Assembly (NCBI RefSeq): GCF_902459465.1
Contig: NC_047071.1
Span: forward strand, 10,726,001-10,790,000
DNA: 64,000 bases
Direction: 5' to 3'
Source of the DNA: Asterias rubens
Taxonomy: Eukaryota
Both the position numbers and the translations under genes were made by a program. Of this stretch, positions 36,325 to 47,366 are shown one piece after another (within the stretch, counting starts at the first letter, position 1; each line of letters opens with the position of its first letter). The notes beneath the pieces were generated by a model. That model was not told the origin of the DNA, searched no databases, and saw only the letters and a program-made list of their open reading frames with translations.

Positions 36325-37371
36325 TTAATGTCTGAACTTCTGAAGGCACCCTGATGGTTCTTGAATCATACGGTACCTACACCGGAGCATGTGACGGAAC
36401 ACCTCCTTGAAGTGCGGGTGTTTCACCCCGTAGATGACGGGGTTGACGGCGCTGTTGAAGATGATGAACGCTCCAGTCCACGGGATAACCGGATCGCTGG
36501 GTGGTATCATTATAGCGACAGCGAAGGGGGCGAGACACACGATAAAGGCGCACATTACGACAAAGAGATTCTTGGTGATCTCGACTTGTCGTTTACTGAA
36601 ACTCCTCGACTGTTTCCTAGTACTTGATGACACCGAGGTGTCAGACAATTCGACCCCTGCGATCATCTTCTTCGTGTGGCCTTTAAGGTGGCGGTAGATC
36701 TTGAAGTAACAGACGAACAGGATGACGAGTGGGACTGGATAGATGAGGAGCGACCCGACCAAACTGAAAAGCTTACTCGTTTCGCACGAGGAGTCTAGCG
36801 AACACGTCTTGTACTTGATGGAATACCCCCATCTACCCAACCCGAACAGAGGAAGGCAGCAGACTATAATGGGATAGAGCCACGTGAAAACCAACATGGC
36901 TGCTATGTTCTTGGTTGTATAAATGGACCGGTATGTTGATGATGGCTTGGTAATGACAATTAATCGGTTGATAGATATCGCAGTCAAGTTCATCACGCTA
37001 CACGACAGACAGCTAAAGTAAACAGCTGCAGCTACGGAGCATATAGCATCCGGAAGGGGCCAGCCGTCCTCGCTGAGTAACGCTAGCGCGGTAAACGGTG
37101 CAGCAGTGCAAGTCACCAGGTCGGCCGTGGCGAGGTTGACGACGAAGGCGTTGGTGCGGGTCTGAAGTTTCTTCGATAAGATAACGGCAAGAATCACCAA
37201 GACGTTCCCTACGAAGCCAGTCACAGCCACCAGACAGTAGACACTTCCAACGACCACCCTCTGTCTGTAATCGTCAAAGCGGAATTCGTCGCTGGTATTC
37301 AGCAATGAATCATTTGCATTGTTGGGTGAGATGGTGATGAGGTCAACTGAGGGGTCACTTGTAGTAGCCAT
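36325..37371 (-). CDS. Rhodopsin-class GPCR, 348 aa, intronless CDS (moody/GPR84/melatonin-receptor-like group)
   Basis: Seven hydrophobic segments; GN (TM1), NLATADL (TM2), C..C...L..ISINRL (TM3), ECL2 KTC, NSAVNPVIY (TM7), helix 8 HPHFKEVF. ATG context ATCACCATGG. Confidence 0.92.
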   Translation of the reverse strand: MATTSDPSVDLITISPNNANDSLLNTSDEFRFDDYRQRVVVGSVYCLVAVTGFVGNVLVILAVILSKKLQTRTNAFVVNLATADLVTCTAAPFTALALLSEDGWPLPDAICSVAAAVYFSCLSCSVMNLTAISINRLIVITKPSSTYRSIYTTKNIAAMLVFTWLYPIIVCCLPLFGLGRWGYSIKYKTCSLDSSCETSKLFSLVGSLLIYPVPLVILFVCYFKIYRHLKGHTKKMIAGVELSDTSVSSSTRKQSRSFSKRQVEITKNLFVVMCAFIVCLAPFAVAIMIPPSDPVIPWTGAFIIFNSAVNPVIYGVKHPHFKEVFRHMLRCRYRMIQEPSGCLQKFRH

Positions 37372-39864
37372 GGTGATAACATCAATATCATTTGCCTCCC
37401 TTCCTGACAGTTATTAAACTCAAGAAGATTTGTTGTTCCTCTAGTTCTAGCATAGATCATTCTGTTGAGAGTGAAACAAAACGGTATCAAGTATAATTTC
37501 ATTTCCCTATAGGACGGGTTTTGTAAGGGGGGTTACCCAACCGTACAATTACCTGAACTGATCAGATCGCTTTGAGGCACTGGACGAGTAATGGAGAGCA
37601 GCTGATAGTATAACACATTGTGAGAAACGGCTCCCTCTGAAGTAAAACGTAGTTTTTGAAAAAGAAATAATTATTATGCTAACAATTATTTTGAGTATTT
37701 ACCAATAGTGTCCGTGCCTTTAAGGCACATGGGAACAAAATACCAATCATGATTTGTTATTTACCATTTTGTTATGTATTGCCTGTATAGTACCTGATCA
37801 TTTATAATGCCATTGTTATTAATGAGCTGTATTGTTTTCTATTGTGTTGTACAATTGCCGCCAAAAGTCACTTTATAGAAAACACAATATTGAGCCGCAT
37901 CACGGACGTGCGCACTCGCGTGTGTCTTTGTAGGTTTATATATTTTTTAGAATTCAAAGGTTGGTTGAATGAAAACGCAACTTCTTGTTTTGTCACTAGA
38001 ACCTTTTTGAATGAATGCTGAAAGTACGTTGCCCCACCACTATATGCGAATAATGCTTGCTGGTGGTAATGTGTGGTACGAAAAGTCCTTTGTAACCTGT
38101 GTAGTTCGAGCAAAACATTTCAGTGGAAGTTTTCCCAGCCAGACCATGTAGATGTATTGTGCACACACTTTGAACAGTACTGTTAGATTAGATATTAAAC
38201 TTGCATCAAGTTTAAAGAATATAATTTCTGTTTACTAATACATCTATGTGTTTTAGCACTGTATACTCGGCACTTTCCCGAGTCATATGAAAAAAAGGCC
38301 AGGCCTATTACTCGGGTGAGGCAGTTCGGATCCTATGTTTTGGCAGCGCGTATACCGCAATGATAATGACAGATGTTAAGTTTGCATAGGGGATAACGAC
38401 TTTATTTTTTTTTGAATTAACATAACAGTCAACAAAACCATGAATTTGTGCCCATAGCTTTGGTTGTTGGGATGTCTTTTGTTATGGCGACGACAACCGG
38501 CCTATAATAGAAAGTATCAGACACAACAAACTGGTTGTACATCGAAGAAAAAAAAAGAGGCCTTAATATTATAATCATGTTTGAATATGACAGCGGCGGG
38601 ATTTTCATTACAAAGTTCATTTTTTTTAATGTTTGTGGTTATGTTAGTCATCAGATGTGGTTATTTTTTTAGAAGTGGTTTTCAGAACCACCAAACACTA
38701 CAAAAGAAAACAAAAGAGATGTTCACATGGTGGAACCGCAAACCTCTCCTTATCTCCTACCATGCAAATTGTAAAATCCATTAGTTTTCTCAAATTATCT
38801 GTGTAACGAAAGATTGATATTCACAGAATGATGCGCATATTCTATAAGCCTACATGGTGTAATTGATAAACTTCTCTCGAAATTGTTTTTTTACTTGAAA
38901 CGCTGAATGTATTCTTTGAGAAATGAGCCGAACAATAAGTGTTGATCTCGCCTGACCAAAATCCGATGTTTGAAAACAGTTAACAACATTATTATAACCA
39001 ACCGACCTTACATTCTGCAAACTCATTTGATTGTACTAAACGGAGACAATACAATAAATGCGAAATGTGCGGTGCCCCATACCGGGCATTCCTTTATTTG
39101 TGAATGCAAAATACGTAAGACGCCATTACTCTTGAAAGCGTTGCAGCGTGAGTTTTGCAAAGAAGTAATTCCTGCACTGCACCCGGGGAGAAGGGTTTTA
39201 CTATATACAGAGCGCTGTTAATTCTTGGTTGACTTTCGTTTCACAAGTAAGGTCACCTTAAATTACTGTCCATTATCATGATTTTTGGTGAAATACACTT
39301 ACTATCGACCTGATGTGCAAAAGACTATACTATGGTGAGTTCCTGAGAATGTTCATTTCTGTTGTTTAAAGGCAGTGGACACTATTGGTAATTACTCAAA
39401 ATAATTGTTAGCATGACACAATTCCTTTTTAACAAGCAATGAATAGTATAAAACATTGTGAGGAATGGCTTCTCAGATGTGACGTATAGTTTCGAGAAAG
39501 AAAGGAATTTCACGAATTTGATTTCGAGACCTCAGAATTAGATTTTGAGGTCCCGTAAATCGAGCATCTGAAAGCACACAACTTCGTGTGACAATTGGGT
39601 GTTTTTTTCTTCCATTGTTATTTTTTCTCGCAACTTCGACGACCAATTGAGTTCAAATGTTCACAGGTTTGTTATTTTGTGCATTTTTATGTTGAGTTAC
39701 ACCAAGTAAGAAGACTGGTCTTTGACAATTACCAAAGGCGTCATGGCTTTAATTGTGATGTTCGCATGTTTATGGGGGCCTAATGTAGACATACACCCGA
39801 ATTTCAACACAAAAAATGTATATGTATAATGAGTTGGACTCATTGAATTATCGTAGTAAAGATT

Positions 39865-39996
39865 GGATAACTTTCCGTGTGGCGCCACCACTTTTTCACC
39901 CATTTTTACAAAAAGGGATATCTCATTGAGGTAAATAAGATACTATATTATTTCATATCGAATGAAAAAGTGGTGGCGCCATACGGAAACGTTTCC
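39865..39996. mobile_element. 132-bp Merlin-like MITE (GG...CC termini, 8-bp TSD)
   Basis: 27-bp arms TTTCCGT(G/A)TGGCGCCACCACTTTTTCA. TAAAGATT at 39857-39864 and 39997-40004. Confidence 0.75.
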
Positions 39997-41877
39997 TAAA
40001 GATTATCTAAATGTACGTTGAAAGTATTGTTATTATAAAATGGATGTTCTCAATCACTAAACACATTTTAATTCTCAGTGCATAACAGGAAACCTTTTGA
40101 AATTTAATCTAATTTGTAGACCGGTTTCTATTATAGTTCGTGGCGGTCTAACAGAAATGGGTATATTCGACCATGTCCATGTTCTACGTTTTATATCTGT
40201 ATATTTATTGGCATCTCTACTAATTTATTTCAGTTGTCCAAACTTGGTATTAGAACAGATAACTTGGTATTCTATAATATCAGATCAGATAATATTTTCG
40301 ACCATGTCTCAGTGCGACGAAATCAATTTTAAGCATTTACAACGGGTTTATACGCGATTCTCTTGACAACATTGCTCTGTGATTTTCCCTTTTTTCTAAA
40401 CAATAGGCGACTAAATGGCAACACAAGGAACACGGGCCACACAATTCAAATTTAAACATAGGCCTACACGGTTTGAAGATAATGATATAGAAAGCATCTT
40501 TTAAAATAACTTCTTGCTTAGGTGCTGTAATTTTTTGAGTCGCCAAACTAGTTTTCGTCTCAGGAGATGAACATTAATTGAACATGTAGGCCTACAAAAT
40601 ATTAACGCGACCTGAAAACATTGCTCGTTGATTTTCTCAGAAACTTCACAACCAATGAGACTGAAACTTCTGCATGTTAACTATACATACCTCATCAATC
40701 AAAGTGGATTCATTTATTTACCCCAAATATTATCTATTATAGAAAAATGCATCAAAACTCTAAAACAGGTTGTTTGAAGTTTAATTAAGTTCTTACCATC
40801 GTTTCTTAGTTGACAAATTTGGGAAATTAGTGTTTAATGATCAAAGCCAACTTACCCGTAATATTATTCACAATCGTCAACGCGAGGCTGGAGCTGAAAT
40901 GGCAATTTATTGTGTTACACACTGTAAACAAGTTCAATGCCAACCCACGTTTCACTAGACAATAGACACCGAACTACACGTCCAAATCAAGTGACACACT
41001 TTGGAACACAATAAAGACTTTTGATATTGTAGTCACTGACCACTTTTGTCAAGGTCAATTTACGGTGTTGCTTATGATTCATTTTGTGTGGGCGCTTTGT
41101 GTCAAACCGGTGACAAGTATGTGACAATTGTGTGACAAGAGTGCGTGACACGTTTTTTTTTTGGAGCTTAGTTTTTTTCTTTTTCTTGGGGGGGGGGGGT
41201 ATATTCCATTTGTACAATTTGAAAATACACTAAATAACAACAGTTATAAGAGTAATGGTAAAAAATGTGGTTCAACAAAACTCTACTCGCATGCAAAAGT
41301 GCATAATAATCTAACCTGACTAAAAATGTTAGTCTGGAGGTCGTTGGTTCGAATCCCACTCTTGTCAATTCTGTGTTCAACCCCAAAAATCATTTACAAA
41401 TTTACCCAGTCAGTTTCCCTTGTGGTTTATATTGATATCTGACTAAAAATGTGGTTAAGACAAAGAAAAAGGAGAATTATTTATGCCCTGCTTGTTTTGA
41501 ACATGAATGACATTGAAACTTAAAATGCAAATTAAACGGTTATACCTGTACAATGTATATCGAGAAGTTCGTTTCCAAGGCGAACATGAACACAGCTTAA
41601 CCATTAAAGGAATTATATTGCAGTTTGATAATCACTGTTTAAACTAACGACATTAACTATTTAGCCACTGTCGCCCTAAACCTTGGAAAAAATGGACGCA
41701 GGGACATGGCAGGATGACTAAGGTACAAACTGCATCTCTCTAGCATTTTTAGTTCCAGAGCAAAAACAATTGTATACTTTCAGTCTCCCTCCTATCCCGA
41801 CGCTGGGGAGCTCCAATATTTGTAGTCATACCACCCAAACCATTAAACAAATGCTTTTGTGTGCATTTTCAAAAAAC

Positions 41878-42053
41878 CAGGCCTGATACTTCACGGAGGC
41901 AACGGAGGCGATTGCCTCCGTTGCCCCTTGCCATTGCCTTGGTGCCCTTGAAATGCTCTAGTAGAAATTTAAAATTTCCTCATAGGGTGCCCTTTGCCAA
42001 AGAGAAATTGCCTCGGTGCCCTTGCCCTTTCAAAAACGAAGCATACAGCCCTG
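41878..42053 (+). mobile_element. CAG...CTG MITE, near-intact copy, 6-bp TSD
   Basis: CAGGCCTGATACTTC...GAAGCATACAGCCCTG with AAAAAC on both sides. Confidence 0.75.
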
Positions 42054-42604
42054 AAAAACTAATGACTTCTTCACATGCCCAGCTATTGTCTAGGATTATT
42101 TGGGCCTCTTTCTTTTTTTTAAATAACCGGGTTTTAATTTTGTTATAAGTAGCAAACCAAAAACGTTCATAATTCTTTCAGCTCACTTTCTTTTAAATTT
42201 AGATAACCACATGCAAGTGACATCATCTTTCACCCAGTTAGCCCACCCGGTTTGCCGGCATTGGGGGTTGGGTGTGTTTAAAACCACAGATATCATGCCA
42301 TATTAAGCCTGCTGCCTACCGCATAGAGACATGTTTCCTTGTACAATCATGCGTGTTATTGAGCTTCCAGAATGAGTATTATTGAGTTAAACCAGACCAT
42401 TGACATGATATTTAGCTGCATGTAAATATAGTGTGGATTTTATATTCGATTTTGAAGAAAAACAAAGTGAGGACTACTTACTTTTTATTTGATTTTAAAC
42501 GGACACTCAAACAATGAGCGACGGCTCAATGCGGAAGTTTTAACGACCTGCATAAATTATATAAGCCATTCAATAAGCACCATCAATCACAGTTCTCAGC
42601 CCAA

Positions 42605-42991
42605 TTAAAGGCAGTGGACACTATTGGTAATTACTCAAAATAATTATTAGCATAAAACCTTTCTTGGTTATGAGTAATGGGGAGAGGTTGATGGTATGAA
42701 ACAGTGTGGGAAACGGCTCCCTCTGAAGTGCCATAGTTTTCGAGAAAGAAGTAATTTTCCACGAATTTGATTTCGAGACCTCAAGTTTAGAACTTGAGGT
42801 CTCGAAATCAACCATCTAAACGTACACAACTTTGTGTGACAAGGGTGTTTTTTTCTTTCATTATTTTCTCGCAAGTTTGATGACCGATTGAGCTCAAATT
42901 TTCACAGGTTTGTTAGGTTATGCATATGTTGAGATACACCAACTGTGAAGGCTAGTCTTTGACAATTACCAATAGTGTCCACTGCCTTTAA
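42605..42991 (+). mobile_element. Kolobok-type MITE, full-length
   Basis: TTAA|AGGCAGTGGACACTATTGGTAATT...AATTACCAATAGTGTCCACTGCCT|TTAA with perfect TIRs. Confidence 0.9.
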
Positions 42992-43056
42992 TAAAAGACT
43001 TCATTTGACGTTGTGAAATGATAGAAAAGGTGCCCATTCGAAGTTGTGTCTACTGT

Positions 43057-44238
43057 CTATGTTGATCTCATCTTTCTGAGACAGCTAGATGGTTCTGGAA
43101 TCGCGTGGTACCGACACCGGAGCATGTGACGGAACACCTCCTTGAAGTGCGGGTGTTTCACCCCGTAGATGACGGGGTTGACGGCACTGTTGAAGGCTGC
43201 AAACATCCCGGTCCACGGGAGGGCCGGATCGCTGTTCGGTATCAGTATAGCGGCGGCGAAGGGGGCGAAACACACGACGAAGGCGCACACCACAATGAAG
43301 AGATTATTTGTGATCTCAACCTGTCTCTTGCTAAAGCTTGCCGCTCGTTTCCTGTGCAGCTGAGTGCTGCTGGTGCTGGAACGGTTGGAAGTGTCAGACA
43401 TCTCTGTGCCCCCTCCCATCATCTTCTTCATGTGGCCTGTGATGTAGCGGTAGATCTTGAAGTAACAGACGAACAGAATGATGAGTGGAATGGGGAATAT
43501 GAGAGCAGATCCCAGCTGACTGAAGAGATCGCTGAACTTACTCGAGCTAACTTCAGCACAAGTCTTGTACTTGTCCGAGTAGCCCCATTTACCGATACCA
43601 AAGAGGGGAAGGGAACAGACCAATGCTGGATACAACCACGTCATCACCATCATGGCTGCTATCTTCTTGGGTGTGTAGATAGACTGGTATGTCTGCATGG
43701 ATTTGGTAATGAGTACGTAGCGGTTGATGGCGATGATGGTAAGATTCATGATGCTGCATCCAAGGGTAATGAAGTATATGGCAGCTGACACGGAGCAAAC
43801 CAACCCAGGCAATGGGTAGCCGTTCATGCTGAACAACGCCACCGCAGAGAATGGTGACGTGATGCATGTTATCAGGTCGGCCGTGGCGAGGTTGACGATG
43901 AAGGCATTGGTGCTGGTCTGGAGCTTCTTGTATAAGACAACGGCCAGAATCACCCAGACGTTCCCTACGAAGCCAGCCAAAGCCACGAAGCAGAGGAGGC
44001 TGCCGATGATGGTTCGCTGCGTGTAGTCTTCAAAGCGGAAAGTTTGACCGTCCCCCATAGAGGTAGACGTCCCGTACGGGGTGGTGAAACTTGTACTTTG
44101 AAACAATTTCGTCACAGTTGTAAAAGTGTCCCCTGACATTAAGCTGGAGGAAGTTTCATCAGTAAAATTCTCGAACATGGTACTGACAATAAACGTGTCA
44201 TTTTCCACCGCGGAGATTGTGGTAGACTCATTTGCCAT
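43057..44238 (-). CDS. Rhodopsin-class GPCR, 393 aa from the ATG at 44238; tandem paralogue of 36325-37371 with a longer Ser/Thr-rich N-terminus
   Basis: Seven TM segments, NLATADL, IAINRY, KTC, NSAVNPVIY, HPHFKEVFRHMLRCRY. The ORF-track start at 44307 is a GTG; the first ATG (MANES) is at 44238. Confidence 0.92.
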   Translation of the reverse strand: MANESTTISAVENDTFIVSTMFENFTDETSSSLMSGDTFTTVTKLFQSTSFTTPYGTSTSMGDGQTFRFEDYTQRTIIGSLLCFVALAGFVGNVWVILAVVLYKKLQTSTNAFIVNLATADLITCITSPFSAVALFSMNGYPLPGLVCSVSAAIYFITLGCSIMNLTIIAINRYVLITKSMQTYQSIYTPKKIAAMMVMTWLYPALVCSLPLFGIGKWGYSDKYKTCAEVSSSKFSDLFSQLGSALIFPIPLIILFVCYFKIYRYITGHMKKMMGGGTEMSDTSNRSSTSSTQLHRKRAASFSKRQVEITNNLFIVVCAFVVCFAPFAAAILIPNSDPALPWTGMFAAFNSAVNPVIYGVKHPHFKEVFRHMLRCRYHAIPEPSSCLRKMRST

Positions 44239-44384
44239 TGTGTGTATTATTAGTGGGTTGCATCGAGTAGAGGAAAGAAGTAATGGCGACGAGTGAAATA
44301 GTCTCACACGTCTTTAGATCCCGACAGGACTCAGCTCGTATAACAAAGCATATCTGTAAGAAAAAATTCAAGATAATTGTTTAG

Positions 44385-44779
44385 GTCATGCCGAACGGTT
44401 AAGAGCACGGAGCTCAAACTCTGGTGTTTCTGATCAGCAGAGTGTGGGTTCGAATCCCCAGCCGTAACACCTGTGTCCTTAAGCAAGACACTTAACCATT
44501 GATTTGTCCTTAAGATAGGGCGTAAAGCCAATGGTCCCATGTGTTGTGTAACGCACGTGTAAAAGAACCCACTGCACTTTATCGAAAAGAGAAGGAGTTC
44601 GTCCCGTTGTTCCTGGATGTGGATGTTGCCTTAGCACTATGTAAACCCAATATAAGGTGCTACATAGTTTGGGTCTCATAGTTCATCACTGCATATAACA
44701 TGTTTGTACATAGTCACCGCCCTGAGTACATTGTTTGGTAGATACGTTCCCTATATACAAGACTTCGATATTTTTTATT
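44385..44779 (+). mobile_element. Deu-type SINE, near full-length
   Basis: Colinear with 1053-1424, including B-box GGTTCGAATCCC and tail. Confidence 0.85.
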
Positions 44780-45776
44780 AAACGGGACTCAAGATCTGCA
44801 TGACGACAAAACACATTGCACTTTGCCTACTCGTTATAGTGTAGCAGTGATGAAGAACCTACAAATTAGAACTGATTTGATTTTTTTTTTTTTTTTTAAT
44901 AGCAATTTAACTTTTTGTATAAATCTACTAGGTATAGGTATAACTGAATTGAGTGACACTGCAACATAGAACAAGTAAAACATTCAATGTAAGTTTGGAG
45001 CGTATGCTTACGTGATGAGTTACAAATTTACTTACTAGCGTTGAACTTCAACCAACTGCTCGGTCTAGCATGTTTTATGTACATTTTACATAGCCCTGGC
45101 GGCCTTGCACTTTCGTATTATATTACAGCGCATAGGAAGATTCCTATGCAAGGCTAATGTTTACAATGCTTTTTGTTCGGAAATCTGTTGTGTACCAAAA
45201 GAAAATGGGTACTTCCAATATTTTTGGCAACAAATGTTGTCTAATCTGACCGTCAAATTACATTAAGTCTGCACACTTTGAATAAAGACATTAACATTAT
45301 AGTTGCTAAATGCTGCACAAAGTTCGATCGAGTCTTTTGGCGGTTAGTTAAAGAAACTTTAAGAGAAGAATAACTCACCGTTTTCCTTATGAGTGTATCC
45401 TTGTGAGTGTATTTCAATAGAGTATAACCCAAGCATTCGTTCATTTAAAATGTGTAGTCGTGCGTTTGAATTTTTCGCAATGCCAACTTCGATCTGGTGT
45501 TACACATACTTCATCGGGTCATTGTGATGAAATAGTCATAGTAAAAATACAAAAGAAAAACCTGCATGAATAAACATTCAAATAATGCTTGCAAACTAGT
45601 ATGTGACCTATTTGTGTTTTCGAGTAGGCATACAATACTTCAGCAACTCGATCAGGCTGGGGGGGGGGGGGGGGGGTGCACTGTTTACTTGCGACCAAAG
45701 GAGCGTGTTTCGAATGAGTAATACAAACATGAACATGTTTACGGAAAATGCGCTATTCAGTACATTATTATTATTA

Positions 45777-46523
45777 TTAAGGTCACCTGGAAATAGAACT
45801 TTTTTTCTTCAAACATTAGAGTAATGTTTCTGAACAATAAAATAATTGTTTGAGTAATTGTTTTTAACGATTTATATGTTTACAAAAATAAAGTTGTGTG
45901 TGGGGGGTGACTCCGCCTACCCCTTTTGTGACGTCAACTGAGGCAGACTTCGAACATCGAACGAACGTACGTGCAAGTACATTCAAGTCCTAGTCGTGAG
46001 CTTGTACGTTTCGAAAAAGTTTTTATCTTGCATTATAAAGATGGGGTCCGTTTGCAAAGAGGTCCGGTCCGACGTCTTTTCCAGCGCTGTGCAGCAAACA
46101 TTTCGAGCCGTCGTGCTATTTTGACATGAAGAGAAAAGTTCTTTTCTAAAACATGACGCCATCCCAACAATTTTTCCAGCTAGTGGGGAAGTCGAAGAAG
46201 GCACCTGGAAGACGTAACGAACCTAAAAGAGCATTTGCCTATCGTGAAAAAAATAAGGTATTGTTTCAACCTTGAGGGCATGTTTTTAGCTTGCGCCAGA
46301 CATCACTATCTTAAATTGGCACTGCACGCGATTCATCGCACCTCGATTGACGTCACGAACAGCGCCCTCTCGGTTCGGGCTTATTTTCAAATTTGTAAAT
46401 AACATGGAAACTAGTTTTTCTAAACCTTAGTTAATTGTTTATTCATAATCCACTCATCAGAACACATATTTTAGTGACAAAAGATTTAATTGGACAAAAT
46501 ACCACTTCCAGGTGCCTTTTTAA
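45777..46523 (+). mobile_element. Kolobok-like element with a degenerate THAP-domain remnant
   Basis: Ends TTAAGGTCACCTGGAA...TTCCAGGTGCCTTTTTAA. Internal RW...LCSKHFEPSCY, then after a frameshift LKHDAIPTIFP (THAP CxxHF and AVPTIF-box motifs) at ~46040-46190. Confidence 0.7.
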
Positions 46524-47366
46524 AAATCGGATGCAAGGAGATGCCAAAAAGAGTCGGGTACAAACTGCGTCTTTCTAGCATCTTTAGTTCCCGAGTTATA
46601 TCATTGAAGAGTTTGGCTCAGATTTATTTTCAAACCATTTTTACATAAAACAAAAATTCCGTCGTTTTTTTTTGTATTTATGTCACGCGCTGTGTGTATG
46701 GCCCCTATGCATTACCCAGTGGATAAATTTTGGCCCCGCCTAGAAACTCGTCATAGCAAACATACATAAACAAATACGTGAAGAAGACTCTTGAAAATGG
46801 CCATCCAATGGTGATAAACGTGTTCAGATTGGGAATTAGTCTGTGGTCGAATTTACCTATACTAATTTGTAATTTTCTCTTTGACAGCCATGTGCACAAA
46901 AATCCCATTTGGTAGTTTTTTGTTTGTTTTAAGCCGCGAATGATTCGCCCATCAGTCCTAAAATTGCCGCTATAATAGCAGACTGCACCTATGCTGTTGG
47001 CTGTGTTTTATGCCTGTTACTAGGAGTTCAAACTATTTCATCTTATGTGAAAATGTTTCGTGCATACTAATTTCCAATTCTTAGCCCAAGGAAACAAATT
47101 AAACCAGGCCTCAGGTCATAATGCATCATTTAGTTGACTTTGTTTTGCCTTTATTTCGTGTTTCGCTACTTCTTATAAGCATTCTCATTATTCTGAGGTT
47201 TTAAAATCAGTTTTTATCTTGTTTAAGTATTATAAGAAAATGGACTATTCTATCTTCCCCCGTAAAAAAATGGAACAAATCAGAATAACCCAACGCTATC
47301 ATGCACATGCTCTTGGCAGCAGTCTGCCTAACGAAACACTTTCGGCTCAAAGGCCAGCGTGTAAAT

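Noticed and set aside
43105-43788. 227-aa plus-strand ORF (and 36361-36627, 36434-36697)
   Set aside because: Antisense shadows of GC-rich GPCR codons, with no recognisable motifs.
45983-46260. Possible host THAP-domain gene
   Set aside because: Frameshifted, lacks the N-terminal C-x2-4-C, and lies between TIRs. Treated as a transposon relic.
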